Positions 19,038 to 27,723 of a stretch of DNA of 32,000 nt are shown one piece after another. Source of the stretch: Haloplanus halophilus (GTDB lineage Archaea; Halobacteriota; Halobacteria; Halobacteriales; Haloferacaceae); the NCBI RefSeq assembly GCF_023703775.1, contig NZ_CP098514.1, forward strand, positions 1,987,998 through 2,019,997, written 5' to 3'. Below the pieces are notes generated by a model, which saw only the letters and a program-made list of their open reading frames with translations, searched no databases and had not been told where the DNA came from. How positions within the stretch are numbered: the stretch's first letter is position 1; each line of letters starts with the position of its first letter. Both the position numbers and the translations under genes were made by a program.

Positions 19038-20009
19038 ATGTCACGGTCAGCACTGGTCGGAAACATCACTGCGATGCTCCAGGACGCGGGATTCGTGGTG
19101 AGCGACCGGTGTTCGATTCGTCCCAAGAGCTTCGACCTGGCGGCGCGGCGCGGCGACGACCTGCTCCTGGTGAAGATCCTCGCCAACGTGGACGGCCTCG
19201 ACGCCGAGACGGGCACCGAGATGCGGCGGCTCGGCTCGTACCTCTCGGCGACGCCGCTCGTCATCGGCCTGCGAACCCGCGACGAGGAGCTGAAACCGGA
19301 GGTGGTGTACTTCCGGCACGGCATCCCGGCGATCAACCCCGACACGGCCTTCGACCTGTTCGTCGAGAACGTCTCGCCGCTCATCTACGCGGCGCCCGGC
19401 GGTCTCTACGTCAACATCGACGGCGACCTGCTCTCCGACGAGCGGGAGGAGCGCGGCTGGAGTCTGGGTCGGCTGGCGACCGAACTCGGCGTCTCGCGGC
19501 GCACCGTCTCGAAGTACGAGGACGGCATGAACGCCAGCATCGAGGTGGCGGTCCAGTTGGAGGAGCTGTTCGACCAGCCGTTCAGCGACCCCGTGGACGT
19601 GATGGACGGCGCCGAGGACGTCCGCGAGGCCGACCCGACGCCCGAGGACCCGGCCCTCGACCCCGACGAGGATCACGTCCTCGCGGTCCTCGCCCGCGTC
19701 GGCTTCACCGTCCACCCGACGAACCGCGCCCCCTTCACCGCCGTCAGCGAGGACGGCGACCGCGAGATCGAGAACCTGCTCACCGGCCACTCGGCGTTCA
19801 CCCGGAGCGCGGAGAAGCGCGCCCGGATCATGTCCTCGCTCGGCGAGGTGACCCGGACGCGGTCGGTGTACGTCACCGAGGAGCGCGAGAAGCGCGACGC
19901 CGTCGAGGGGACGGCGCTGGTGAGCCAGGAGGAACTCGCGGCGCTTCGGGACGCCGACGACTTGCGGGACCTGATCCTCGAACGCGCGCGGGCGCCGGCC
20001 GAGAGCTGA
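19038..20009 (+). CDS. Conserved archaeal HTH (XRE-type) transcriptional regulator
   Basis: 323 aa. The N-terminal domain is [40 protein letters not shown]. The central HTH is [23 protein letters not shown]. Confidence 0.85.
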   Translation: MSRSALVGNITAMLQDAGFVVSDRCSIRPKSFDLAARRGDDLLLVKILANVDGLDAETGTEMRRLGSYLSATPLVIGLRTRDEELKPEVVYFRHGIPAINPDTAFDLFVENVSPLIYAAPGGLYVNIDGDLLSDEREERGWSLGRLATELGVSRRTVSKYEDGMNASIEVAVQLEELFDQPFSDPVDVMDGAEDVREADPTPEDPALDPDEDHVLAVLARVGFTVHPTNRAPFTAVSEDGDREIENLLTGHSAFTRSAEKRARIMSSLGEVTRTRSVYVTEEREKRDAVEGTALVSQEELAALRDADDLRDLILERARAPAES

Positions 20010-20089
20010 ACGCCCCGATTTCGTCGGCCGCGCGACGACGACACATACGGTTATCGTGTTATGTGTCGTATATGTTCGTGGTGTTCAGC

Positions 20090-20518
20090 ATGACGACCAG
20101 CCAGCAGCGACAGCACGAGCGAGCCGAACGGATCAGCGACGCCATCGTCCGGGCGTACAACCGGGGCGAGCCGGACCGGATCGACGACGTGTTCACCGAC
20201 GACTTCGTCTGCCACCTGACCGGGGGTGGCGAAGTCCACGGGCCGGCGGGCTACAAGGAGCGCATCGACGCCGTGCGTGCGGCGTTCCCCGACTTCCGGA
20301 AGGAGGAGGTGTTCCTCGTCGTCGAGGACGACCGCGCGGCGGTCCGGTACCGCTGGAGCGGCACGCACGAGGGAGAGTTCGCGGGGATTCCGCCGACCGG
20401 AAAGCGCGTCGAGACGACGAGCGCGGCGCTTCTGCGCATGGAGAGCGACCGACTGGCCGAGATGTGGGCCTACAGCGACGGCGAGACGCTGATGCAACAG
20501 CTCGAATCCGAGGCGTAG
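20090..20518 (+). CDS. SnoaL-like ester cyclase family protein
   Basis: This is the C-terminal part of the artefactual 1029-aa ORF 17429-20518. It reads MTTSQQRQHERAERISDAIVRAYNRGE...FVCH...AFPDF...GTHEGEFAGIPPTGKRVE. An alternative ATG lies at 20072. Confidence 0.75.
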   Translation: MTTSQQRQHERAERISDAIVRAYNRGEPDRIDDVFTDDFVCHLTGGGEVHGPAGYKERIDAVRAAFPDFRKEEVFLVVEDDRAAVRYRWSGTHEGEFAGIPPTGKRVETTSAALLRMESDRLAEMWAYSDGETLMQQLESEA

Positions 20519-20559
20519 GGGACCGAAGACGTATTTTGCCGGACGGTCACGGATCGACC

Positions 20560-20946
20560 ATGGACGGCTACAGCATCGTCCACCCCGCCGACGTACCGGC
20601 CGACCAGTTCAACACGTGTGAGACGGCGGTCCGGAAACTGACGGAGCCGCTCGGAGCGACCGAACTCCGGGTGAATCAGGTCGTCGTGGAGCCGGGCGAG
20701 GTGACGACGCCACACACCCACGAGGGACAGGAGGAGGTGTTCGTCTCCATGGACGGCGGCCAGATCTCGCTCGCCGGCGAGGTCCACGACGTGCCCGCCG
20801 GCGGCGTCGTCCGCGTCGCCCCGGAGACGGTCCGCAATCTCGTCAACCACACCGACGAGACCCACGTCTGGCTGGCGTTCGGCGCGCCGCCGGTCGGCAC
20901 CGTCGAGGACTTCGGGTCGTACGTCGTCGAGGAGCGGGAGTCCTAG
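20560..20946 (+). CDS. Cupin domain protein
   Basis: The internal ATG at 20560 gives 128 aa. The cupin motif is GEVTTPHTHEGQEEVFV ... GGVVRVAP. Confidence 0.8.
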   Translation: MDGYSIVHPADVPADQFNTCETAVRKLTEPLGATELRVNQVVVEPGEVTTPHTHEGQEEVFVSMDGGQISLAGEVHDVPAGGVVRVAPETVRNLVNHTDETHVWLAFGAPPVGTVEDFGSYVVEERES

Positions 20947-21191
20947 GCGCCGTACGTCTTCTCCAGATACGCGACGATGTCGTCGCTCTCGGACATCCCC
21001 TCCACGCCGTGGTCGGGGTCGACGAGGACGGGCACGCCCGTCTGCCCGCTCACCTCCTCCACCTCGGTTCGCTCGGAGTGCGAGCGCGGCACCTCGTGGG
21101 AGACGTACTCCAGCCCGAGTTCGTCGAGTTTGGTCTTTACCTTCGCGCAGTAGGGACAGCCGGGGAGTTCGTAGAGTTCCAAGTTCGGCAT
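20943..21191 (-). CDS. Glutaredoxin
   Basis: 82 aa, MPNLELYELPGCPYCAKVK, with a CPYC active site and TGVPVLVD. Confidence 0.9.
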   Translation of the reverse strand: MPNLELYELPGCPYCAKVKTKLDELGLEYVSHEVPRSHSERTEVEEVSGQTGVPVLVDPDHGVEGMSESDDIVAYLEKTYGA

Positions 21192-21260
21192 CGAGTGACC
21201 GTACAGGCTCCGCGAACTTGAGGCCGACGGACGCGTGCGCCGCGGGTGCGCGGCCGGGGC

Positions 21261-22661
21261 CTACGCCAGCGTGTTCGTCCGCACCACGTAGTACACGACG
21301 AACGCGCCCGCGAGCGCCCAGTGACCGGGGCGGACGTCACTCCACTCGCCGCGGGCGGCCTTCACCACGGGGTAGGTGACGATGCCGGCCGCGATGCCCG
21401 TCGCGATGGAGTAGGTCAGCGGCATGACGAGGATGGTCATGCCCGCGGGAATCGCGTAGGAGAGGTCGTCCCACGCGATGTCGACGACGTTGCCGAGCAT
21501 CACGACGCCGATGACGACGAGGGCGATGTGGGAGGCGTACAGCGGGATGGCCGCGGCGAGCGGCACGACCGCCAGCGACGCGAGAAAGAGCAGGGCGACC
21601 ACGAGGGCGGTCATGCCCGTCCGGCCGCCCTCCTCGACGCCCGATGCGGACTCGATGTACGTCGTCACCGTCGAGGTGCCGAGCATCCCGCCGACGGTGG
21701 TCCCGACGGCGTCGGCCATCAGCGGCTTGTCGATGTCGGGCAGGTTGCCGTTCTCGTCGAGGAAGCCGGCGATCTGGGCGACGCCGGTGAGTGTCCCCGC
21801 GGTGTCGAAGAAGTCGACGAAGAAGAAGGTGAAGACGACCAAGGCGAAGGTGAACGCCTCGATGTCCGCCAGTCCGGAGACGAAGGCGCCGGCGAGGGGG
21901 GTGATGTCGTAGGTGGCGCTCGGACCGCTCGCGACGAGGGCATCCGCGGCGTCGCTCCCGACGATCCCCGCGTTGGCGACGCCCCACCCCAGCAGCGCGG
22001 TGGCGGCGATGCCGATGACGATCGAGCCCCTGATGCCGCGGGCGTAGAGCGCGAACGTCAGAAAGAGGCCGACGACGGAGACGATGGCGACCGGATCGGA
22101 GGCGACCGCCCCCAACTGGACCAGCGTCGCGGGGTCGTCGACGACGATTCCCATCGCCTGTAATCTGATGATAGCCAGGAACAGGCCGATCCCGGTGCCG
22201 ACCGCGAACTTCACCGGTTCGGGGAACGCCCGGATGACGTACTCCCGGGCACCGACTGCGGTGAGGGCGATGAAGACGATGCCCTCGACGACGACCGCCG
22301 CGAGTGCGGTCTGCCAGGGGATGCCGAGCGCGCCAACGACGGTGAACGCGAAGAAGGCGTTCAGCCCGAGTCCCGGCGCCTGTCCGAACGGCCGGTTCGC
22401 GTACAGCGCCATGATCAGCGTCGCCGTCGCCGCCGCGATGATGGTGACCACCGCGAGCATCGACTGTACTTCCGGCAGACTGTACCCCGGGATCGTGACC
22501 CCGGGTTTCTCCCCGGGGATGCCGGCGAGGATGCTCGGGTTCACCACGACGATGTAGGACATCGTCAGGAAGGTGGTGGTCCCCGCGAGCACCTCCGTCC
22601 GGAGGTCCGTCCCGTGCTCTTCGAAGCCGAAGTAGTTCGCCAGCGAGTCACTCAGCGCCAT
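21261..22661 (-). CDS. NCS2 family purine permease (AzgA/PbuG-like)
   Basis: 466 aa polytopic protein. The N-terminus FGFEEHGTDLRTEVLAGTTTFLTMSYIVVVNPSILA is typical of COG2252-type permeases. Confidence 0.88.
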   Translation of the reverse strand: MALSDSLANYFGFEEHGTDLRTEVLAGTTTFLTMSYIVVVNPSILAGIPGEKPGVTIPGYSLPEVQSMLAVVTIIAAATATLIMALYANRPFGQAPGLGLNAFFAFTVVGALGIPWQTALAAVVVEGIVFIALTAVGAREYVIRAFPEPVKFAVGTGIGLFLAIIRLQAMGIVVDDPATLVQLGAVASDPVAIVSVVGLFLTFALYARGIRGSIVIGIAATALLGWGVANAGIVGSDAADALVASGPSATYDITPLAGAFVSGLADIEAFTFALVVFTFFFVDFFDTAGTLTGVAQIAGFLDENGNLPDIDKPLMADAVGTTVGGMLGTSTVTTYIESASGVEEGGRTGMTALVVALLFLASLAVVPLAAAIPLYASHIALVVIGVVMLGNVVDIAWDDLSYAIPAGMTILVMPLTYSIATGIAAGIVTYPVVKAARGEWSDVRPGHWALAGAFVVYYVVRTNTLA

Positions 22662-22748
22662 GCACGGATGAGCGTATCCGGGATGTGGAACTTAACGGTT
22701 GGCATGCGACGGCCCGGAAACACGGACGAACTCCCGTGACGGGGCCAC

Positions 22749-23270
22749 CTACTCCCCGGCCAGCAGGTCGCTCGCGGTCAGCAGGGCGTCGAGTTCGATC
22801 CCGTGTTCGGCGAGCAGTTCCCGGGCGCCCTCCTCTCGGTCGACGACCACCAGCACCCGGTCGACGACGGCGCCCGCCTCGCGCAGCGCATCGACGGCGT
22901 CGAGGGCGCTCTTGCCCGTCGTGGCGATGTCCTCCAGGACGACCACGCGGTCGCCCTCGTCGAGTCGTCCCTCGATGCGGTTGCCCGTGCCGTACTCCTT
23001 TTCCTGCTTGCGGGCGATGACGTAGGGTCGGCCGGTTTCGGCGCTCGTCACCGCCACCAGCGGCACCGCGCCGAGGGCGACGCCGGCGAGTTTCGGCTCG
23101 TCGATCCGCTCGGCGAACGCCGCGGCGATCAGGCGCAGACACTCCGGGTCCGTCTCGAAGAGGTACTTGTCGACGTAGTAGTCGCTGGTCCCGCCGTGGG
23201 AGAGTTCGAACTCGCCGAACTTCACCGCGTCGGCGTCACGGAGCGCGTCGACGAGGTCCTGGGTCGTCAT
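22749..23270 (-). CDS. pyrE: Orotate phosphoribosyltransferase
   Basis: 173 aa. It has [19 protein letters not shown] and the PRPP-binding motif [13 protein letters not shown]. Confidence 0.92.
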   Translation of the reverse strand: MTTQDLVDALRDADAVKFGEFELSHGGTSDYYVDKYLFETDPECLRLIAAAFAERIDEPKLAGVALGAVPLVAVTSAETGRPYVIARKQEKEYGTGNRIEGRLDEGDRVVVLEDIATTGKSALDAVDALREAGAVVDRVLVVVDREEGARELLAEHGIELDALLTASDLLAGE

Positions 23271-23300
23271 TTGATTGGAGGGGACCGCGAACGGACATAA

Positions 23301-23397
23301 ACGGGGCGGTTCGACGAGAGAACCGCCGGAATGACGGGGCGGTTCGACGAGAGAACCGCCGGAATGACGGGGCGGTTCGACGAGAGAACCGCCGAAA
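23301..23397. repeat. Perfect tandem repeat, 33 bp x ~3, each unit carrying an 8-bp-stem hairpin/palindrome
   Basis: The unit acggggcggttcgacgagagaaccgccggaatg occurs at 23301-23333 and 23334-23366. A third copy at 23367-23394 then diverges. The inverted repeat within each unit is GGCGGTTC-N7-GAACCGCC. Confidence 0.95.
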
Positions 23398-23406
23398 CCG
23401 GACCGG

Positions 23407-23949
23407 TTACCACGGTTCGGCCTTCAGGCCGAGGACGTACGCCCCGGCGTTCGTGGTGACGTGCAGGAGCGGCGTGGCGACGAGGATCACCGCCAGCCGC
23501 GCGGGCGAGAACGTCGACAGCGTCCACGACGGCGCGAGGAGGGCGGCGAGGACGAGCGCGCCGACCACGAAGTCGAGCTGGTCGAGTCCGGGGACGGCGG
23601 CGCCCCGCTCCCGGCCGAGCCGGCGCTTCAGGAACGAGGCGCCGATGTCGCCACACATCGCCCCGAGCGCCAGGCCGACGGCGGCCCGGAGCGAGAAGAC
23701 GGGGAGGCCGGCACCGAGCGTCGCGACGACGCCCGGCCGGACGGCGTTGAGCGCCATCGCCAGCGCGACGCCAGCGAGCGTGCCGGCGGCGGTACCGCGC
23801 CACGTCTTGCCGTCGCCGAGCAGCCGGCGACCGCCGAGCGTCCGTCCGCCGTCGATGGGGCGTCCGCCGCCGGCGAGGACCGCGGCGTTGTTCGGGACGT
23901 ACGCCGGCAACATCGCCCAGAGCGCGCCGGCGACGAGCGAGACGACCAT
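23407..23949 (-). CDS. carS: CDP-archaeol synthase
   Basis: The internal ATG at 23949-23947 of ORF 23407-24162 gives 180 aa, [25 protein letters not shown]...[13 protein letters not shown]...[12 protein letters not shown]...LDQLDF. These are CarS (DUF46) hallmarks. Confidence 0.88.
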   Translation of the reverse strand: MVVSLVAGALWAMLPAYVPNNAAVLAGGGRPIDGGRTLGGRRLLGDGKTWRGTAAGTLAGVALAMALNAVRPGVVATLGAGLPVFSLRAAVGLALGAMCGDIGASFLKRRLGRERGAAVPGLDQLDFVVGALVLAALLAPSWTLSTFSPARLAVILVATPLLHVTTNAGAYVLGLKAEPW

Positions 23950-24043
23950 ACCCACCGTAGGCCCCCGACGGGTGAAAAGCCCCGGCGGTTCCGATCGCGT
24001 CCCGTGGACACGCTGAAGGCCCCCGGCCCCCATCGTCCCGGTA

Positions 24044-24742
24044 ATGTCCTCGTGGAGACGCGACGTGGCCAGCGGACTCGTGGTTCTCGTGCCCATCCTC
24101 GTGATCCTGTTCGTCCTCAACTGGCTGTACTCGAAGGTGGCGGACCTCCCCGTCGTCGACACGCTCCCCCCGTACTACGGCGTGCCCGTCGCCATCGTGG
24201 TGTTCGCCATGCTGGTGCTGTCGGTCGGCTACCTGATGCGGACGACGGTCGGTCGGCTGTTCGAGCGCGGCCTCGACAGCGCGATGAACCACGTCCCCCT
24301 CATTCGGGTGCTGTACAACGCCTCGAAACTCGCCGTCGAGACGGCGCTCACCGGCACCGAGGACCTCCAGAAACCGGTGCGCCTGGAGACGTGGCCCGGC
24401 ATCAACATGACCGCCTTCAAGACTGGGCAGACGACGGCCGACGGCAAGGAGGTGCTGTTCATGCCCACCGCGCCCAACATCACCACCGGCTTCGTCATCG
24501 AGGTGGCCCCCGAGCGCATCGAGGAGACCGGCGAGAGCGTCGAGGAAGCCCTGACGCGCATCCTCAGCGCCGGGTTCGCGGAGGACGAACACGCGAAGGG
24601 CATCGAAATCGCCGTCGAGGACGCGGTGAACGACGGCGAGGAGTCACGCTCCTCGGGAACTGACGGCGAGGAGTCACGCTCCTCGGGAACTGACGGCGAG
24701 GAGTCACGCTCCTCGGGAACTGACGGCGGCGCGAACGACTAG
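24044..24742 (+). CDS. DUF502-family membrane protein with repeat-expanded acidic C-terminal tail
   Basis: 232 aa with two N-terminal TM helices. The conserved core is [12 protein letters not shown]-like, ...TGFVIEV.... The tail is ([10 protein letters not shown])x3. Confidence 0.85.
   Translation: MSSWRRDVASGLVVLVPILVILFVLNWLYSKVADLPVVDTLPPYYGVPVAIVVFAMLVLSVGYLMRTTVGRLFERGLDSAMNHVPLIRVLYNASKLAVETALTGTEDLQKPVRLETWPGINMTAFKTGQTTADGKEVLFMPTAPNITTGFVIEVAPERIEETGESVEEALTRILSAGFAEDEHAKGIEIAVEDAVNDGEESRSSGTDGEESRSSGTDGEESRSSGTDGGAND
24632..24729. repeat. Perfect in-frame tandem repeat, 30 bp x 3.3, inside the DUF502 gene
   Basis: The unit gacggcgaggagtcacgctcctcgggaact occurs at 24632-24661, 24662-24691 and 24692-24721, with a partial copy at 24722-24729. 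It contains the inverted repeat GAGGAG-tcacg-CTCCTC. Confidence 0.95.
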
Positions 24743-25686
24743 ACGTCGACGTACGTGAACCAGTCCTCGTGGTCGTCGGTGCGCCGCTCAACTAGGTCGA
24801 AGAAGGCCTGCTGGATGTCGGTCGTCACCGGGCCGCGAGTCCCCTCGCCGACGACGACGTTGTCCACCTTGCGGATCGGCGTGACCTCCGCCGCGGTGCC
24901 GGAGAAGAAGAGTTCGTCGGCGGTGTTGAGTTCGCCACGGCTGATCGTCGCGTCGTCGTGGACGGTGTACCCCTGCTCGCGTGCGAGCGTGATGACCGTG
25001 TTTCGGGTGATGCCGTCGAGGATCCCCTCGGCCAGTCCGGGGGTGTAAATCTCGCCGTCCCGGACGAGAAACAGGTTCTCGCCCGGCCCCTCGGCGACGT
25101 TCCCCTCCTCGTTGAGCAGGAGCGCCTCGGTGTACCCCTCGCGTTTCGCCTCCAGACTCGCCAGCACGCTGTTGACGTACGGCCCCGTCGTCTTGGCGTT
25201 GGTCGGGATCTGCGAGGAGGCGTACTTGCGCCACGAGGAGACGGTGACCTCGACGCCCTCCTCCAGAGCGTCCTCACCGAGGTAGGCGCCCCAGGGCCAG
25301 ACGGCGATGGCGACCCGTTCGGGGCAGGTCTCCGGACTCAACCCCAGCATGTCGTAGCCGTAGTACGCGACGGGGCGGATGTAACAGGACGGAAGCTCCT
25401 GCCGGCGGATGAGCTCGGTCGTCGCCTCGGTGAGTTCCTCGCGCTCGAAGGGGATGTCGAGGTTGTAGGGCTTGCCCGACTGGTAGAAGCGGTCCAGATG
25501 CTCCTCCCAGCGGAAGATTGCGGGACCCTCCTCGGTGTCGTAACAGCGGACGCCCTCGAAGATCCCCGTCCCGTAGTGGAGTCCGTGGGTGAGGACGTGC
25601 ACCTCGGCGTCGTCCCAGTCGACGAACTCGCCGTCCATCCAGACCGTGTCGACGTCGCCGGCCTCGCGCATCTCTTCGAAACCCAT
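24739..25686 (-). CDS. ilvE: Branched-chain amino acid aminotransferase
   Basis: ORF 24739-25695 starts at a GTG. The ATG at 25686-25684 gives MGFEEMREAGDVDTVWMDGEFVDWDDAEVHVLTHGLHYGTGIFEGVRCY, a class IV aminotransferase pattern. Confidence 0.9.
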   Translation of the reverse strand: MGFEEMREAGDVDTVWMDGEFVDWDDAEVHVLTHGLHYGTGIFEGVRCYDTEEGPAIFRWEEHLDRFYQSGKPYNLDIPFEREELTEATTELIRRQELPSCYIRPVAYYGYDMLGLSPETCPERVAIAVWPWGAYLGEDALEEGVEVTVSSWRKYASSQIPTNAKTTGPYVNSVLASLEAKREGYTEALLLNEEGNVAEGPGENLFLVRDGEIYTPGLAEGILDGITRNTVITLAREQGYTVHDDATISRGELNTADELFFSGTAAEVTPIRKVDNVVVGEGTRGPVTTDIQQAFFDLVERRTDDHEDWFTYVDV

Positions 25687-25695
25687 CTCACGCAC

Positions 25696-25928
25696 CCTCC
25701 GAGCGTAGGCGTGCGCTTCTCGGCCGGATCGCGTCGCGAGAAGTCGTCGTATCGAGCGACATGAGTTGGTGTAATTTGGCCCAATCCGGTCTTAACAGTT
25801 TCCGTGCCGCGTTCCTCGACGCCGACCGCTCCGTCGACCCCTGGGGGTTCGGGGTGGATTGCGGGTCCACGGAAATAGTGAAGTGGAATCGGGTGTGAGG
25901 TGGGCGTGAGCCCGCCGGTTCGGGCATG
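25696..25928 (+). promoter_or_regulatory. Probable CRISPR leader
   Basis: This 233-nt non-coding stretch lies between the ilvE start and repeat 1. It is visibly less GC-rich (tgtaatttggcccaatccggtcttaacagtttcc, ggaaatagtgaagtggaatc). Its position upstream of the array follows from repeat orientation and from the decayed repeat at the opposite end. Confidence 0.55.
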
Positions 25929-26558
25929 GTTTCAGATGGACCCTTGTGGGGTTGAAGCGGACTCAAAGACGACCAAGACGCCGACAAGGATCGTGTTTCA
26001 GATGGACCCTTGTGGGGTTGAAGCAACGTCCTCAGCACCAGCGCAACCGGCTCCGTGGCCGCGTTTCAGATGGACCCTTGTGGGGTTGAAGCTACGTCGC
26101 CGCTAACGCGACCGACGAAGTCCGTCGGGTTTCAGATGGACCCTTGTGGGGTTGAAGCTTGGACCGGCTGGTTTCCGTCCGGACTGCCGCCATCCGGTTT
26201 CAGATGGACCCTTGTGGGGTTGAAGCAAGGAGATGGCCCCGCACCTGACAACCGCTCACGCTGTTTCAGATGGACCCTTGTGGGGTTGAAGCAGCAGTCG
26301 CGGGAGTAACGATCACCGGAGTCACCGCGTTTCAGATGGACCCTTGTGGGATTGAAGCCACGGACTACCGACGACGTCTCGGAACTGGTCGAGCGTTTCA
26401 GATGGACCCTTGTGGGGTTGAAGCGCGTCGCAGGTCGTACAGGTCCCCCAGCGCGTCGATCGTTTCAGATGGACCCTTGTGGGGTTGAAGCCAGCCGGAG
26501 GACGGTGTGGCCCTTCAGGTGCGCAACCGTTTCAGATGGACCCTTGTGGGGTTGAAGC
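25929..26558 (+). CRISPR. CRISPR array, type I-B-like 30-nt repeat, 10 repeats / 9 spacers
   Basis: The repeat is GTTTCAGATGGACCCTTGTGGGGTTGAAGC. Copies start at 25929, 25995, 26063, 26129, 26197, 26263, 26329 (G23A variant), 26395, 26462 and 26529. Spacers are 36-38 nt and all unique. From memory, the repeat is close to the Haloferax volcanii I-B repeat GTTTCAGACGAACCCTTGTGGGATTGAAGC. Confidence 0.97.
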
Positions 26559-26576
26559 AAACGCCGTTCTCGGCGT
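26559..26576 (-). terminator. Possible vapBC-1 terminator hairpin abutting CRISPR repeat 10
   Basis: ACGCCG-ttct-CGGCGT lies at 26561-26576. On the minus-strand RNA the stem is followed by UUUGCUU, which runs into repeat 10. It is 22 nt past the vapC stop. Confidence 0.35.
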
Positions 26577-26597
26577 GGGATGGACAGCGTATGAGCG

Positions 26598-26999
26598 TCA
26601 GGAAGTGAGAACGACGTCCACGTCGGCGATCTCGCGGAGGGGTGCTTTGTCGAAGTCGTTCTTGTTGTGGGTGACGAACGTGCCGCCGGCCTCGTGTGCC
26701 GTGGCCAGATTCAGGAGGTCCACGGGATCGAGCTTCACGCCTTGGGACTGAAGTTTTTCGTCGAGATAGGCGGCTTCGAGCGCGGTGTCAGCGGTGAACG
26801 GAAGTATCCGGTCGAGACTCGACCGGAGGTGTTGGTGTTCCCTGAGCATGTCGCTCCGGCTGCCGTGGCGCTGAAACGATTCCCAAGCGACGTGAGATGG
26901 AATGGTCCATTCGTCGGTTCGGTACTGCTTGAGATGCTGAACCACCGATTTCTCGGAGTTTCGGAGTTTCACCAGAACGTCTCTGTCAAGAACGATCAT
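26598..26999 (-). CDS. vapC: PIN-domain toxin VapC (cassette 1)
   Basis: 133 aa. It has MIVLDRDVL (N-terminal Asp) and LDPVDLLNLATAHEAGGTFVTHNKNDF (C-terminal PIN acidic residues). Its start is directly adjacent to the antitoxin stop. Confidence 0.85.
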   Translation of the reverse strand: MIVLDRDVLVKLRNSEKSVVQHLKQYRTDEWTIPSHVAWESFQRHGSRSDMLREHQHLRSSLDRILPFTADTALEAAYLDEKLQSQGVKLDPVDLLNLATAHEAGGTFVTHNKNDFDKAPLREIADVDVVLTS

Positions 27000-27215
27000 C
27001 TACCGGCGGTTCTCCAGCGATTCGTTCAGTCGTTCGCGGTCTTCGTCCATCTGCTCGATATCTTCCTCGTCGACAGGCGGAAGTGACTCGGCTATCGCTT
27101 CGACGTCTTTCTCGCTCCGGCTGAGTCGGTCCAGTAGGTCGTTGAAACTCTCGTCGTCCCGCTTCAGGTCTCGAAGCCGCTCTTTCACGTCGTCGGTGAC
27201 TCGTATCGTGCTCAT
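27000..27215 (-). CDS. vapB: VapB-type antitoxin (cassette 1)
   Basis: 71 aa, MSTIRVTDDVKERLRDLKRDDESFNDLLDRL. It shares this N-terminal motif with the second antitoxin and lies immediately upstream of the PIN gene. Confidence 0.8.
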   Translation of the reverse strand: MSTIRVTDDVKERLRDLKRDDESFNDLLDRLSRSEKDVEAIAESLPPVDEEDIEQMDEDRERLNESLENRR

Positions 27216-27261
27216 GTGTATACAGTGTGTACGAAGGAGTGTATGGGTTTCGGTGGTCAGA

Positions 27262-27287
27262 GCCAGTCGACTTTCTCGATCCCGCGC
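27262..27287 (-). promoter_or_regulatory. Conserved upstream block of vapB (copy 1)
   Basis: GCCAGTCGACTTTCT is followed by CGATCCCGCGC. The 15-mer begins exactly 47 nt upstream of the vapB-1 ATG, the same offset as copy 2. It contains the palindrome AGTCGACT. Confidence 0.5.
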
Positions 27288-27295
27288 TGTTGCGC

Positions 27296-27325
27296 GTTTC
27301 AGATGGACCCTTGTGGGATTGAAGC
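27296..27325 (+). CRISPR. Isolated intact CRISPR repeat (R11) between the two TA cassettes
   Basis: GTTTCAGATGGACCCTTGTGGGATTGAAGC is 29/30 identical to the consensus and identical to the R7 variant. It lies 737 nt after R10 and 2 nt before the vapC-2 stop codon. Confidence 0.9.
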
Positions 27326-27327
27326 GG

Positions 27328-27723
27328 TTAGTTTCGGTACTCGTCGATGTCGACGACCCGCTTCGTCTTGGGATGTGTGAGGTCGCGGTCCGACGAGACG
27401 ACAGGCGCGTTCAGTTCTCGGCCGACGGCGGCGATAAGGCCATCCGCCCCCGCGAGAAACGGTCCCTGTGGCCCGATTTCGTCGGCGATCACCCCGGCAA
27501 CCTCCGACGTCTCCGTCCCCGTCTCGTAGACTTCTCCCCAAGAGAGGTCGGCTTTCGCCTCAGCCACATCGCCGTCCGGGTCGTTCCCTTCTCCGACGAG
27601 GACTTCAGCGTAGGCCGGTGCTGGAAGGATGAACCGGTCGTTTTCGTTGGAAAGCAGGTACTCGGCGGTGGCGTCAACACCGTTCAGGTAGTCGATGAGA
27701 AACGTCGCGTCGAGTACTTTCAT
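27328..27723 (-). CDS. vapC: PIN-domain toxin VapC (cassette 2)
   Basis: 131 aa with MKVLDATFLIDYL and LIAAVGRELNAPVVSSDRDL. Its start overlaps the antitoxin stop (ATGA). Confidence 0.85.
   Translation of the reverse strand: MKVLDATFLIDYLNGVDATAEYLLSNENDRFILPAPAYAEVLVGEGNDPDGDVAEAKADLSWGEVYETGTETSEVAGVIADEIGPQGPFLAGADGLIAAVGRELNAPVVSSDRDLTHPKTKRVVDIDEYRN

Noticed and set aside
17429-20518. 1029-aa plus-strand ORF
   Set aside because: Only the last 143-149 codons (the SnoaL-like protein) look real. The rest is Arg/Gly/Pro-rich sequence antisense to tiaS and out of frame with the HTH regulator.
22700-22748. Weak hairpin CACGG-N8-CCGTG followed by TTT on the minus strand, just after the pyrE stop
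   Set aside because: The stem is only 5-6 bp and the T-tract is short, which is too weak to call a terminator without 3'-end mapping.
23301-23397. GGTTCGA strings reminiscent of a tRNA T-arm
   Set aside because: No acceptor, D or anticodon arm can be folded around them. The strings are part of the 33-bp tandem unit. I found no tRNA or rRNA in the window.
23267-24592. 441-aa minus-strand ORF spanning the tandem repeat, carS and DUF502 regions
   Set aside because: Arg-rich and in the wrong frame. Its repeated [11 protein letters not shown] peptide is only the translation of the 33-bp intergenic repeat. The carS frame (23407-23949) has the diagnostic motifs.
25900-26751. Series of short ORFs containing the repeated peptide FQMDPCGVEA
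   Set aside because: These are translations of the CRISPR repeats in three frames, not proteins.
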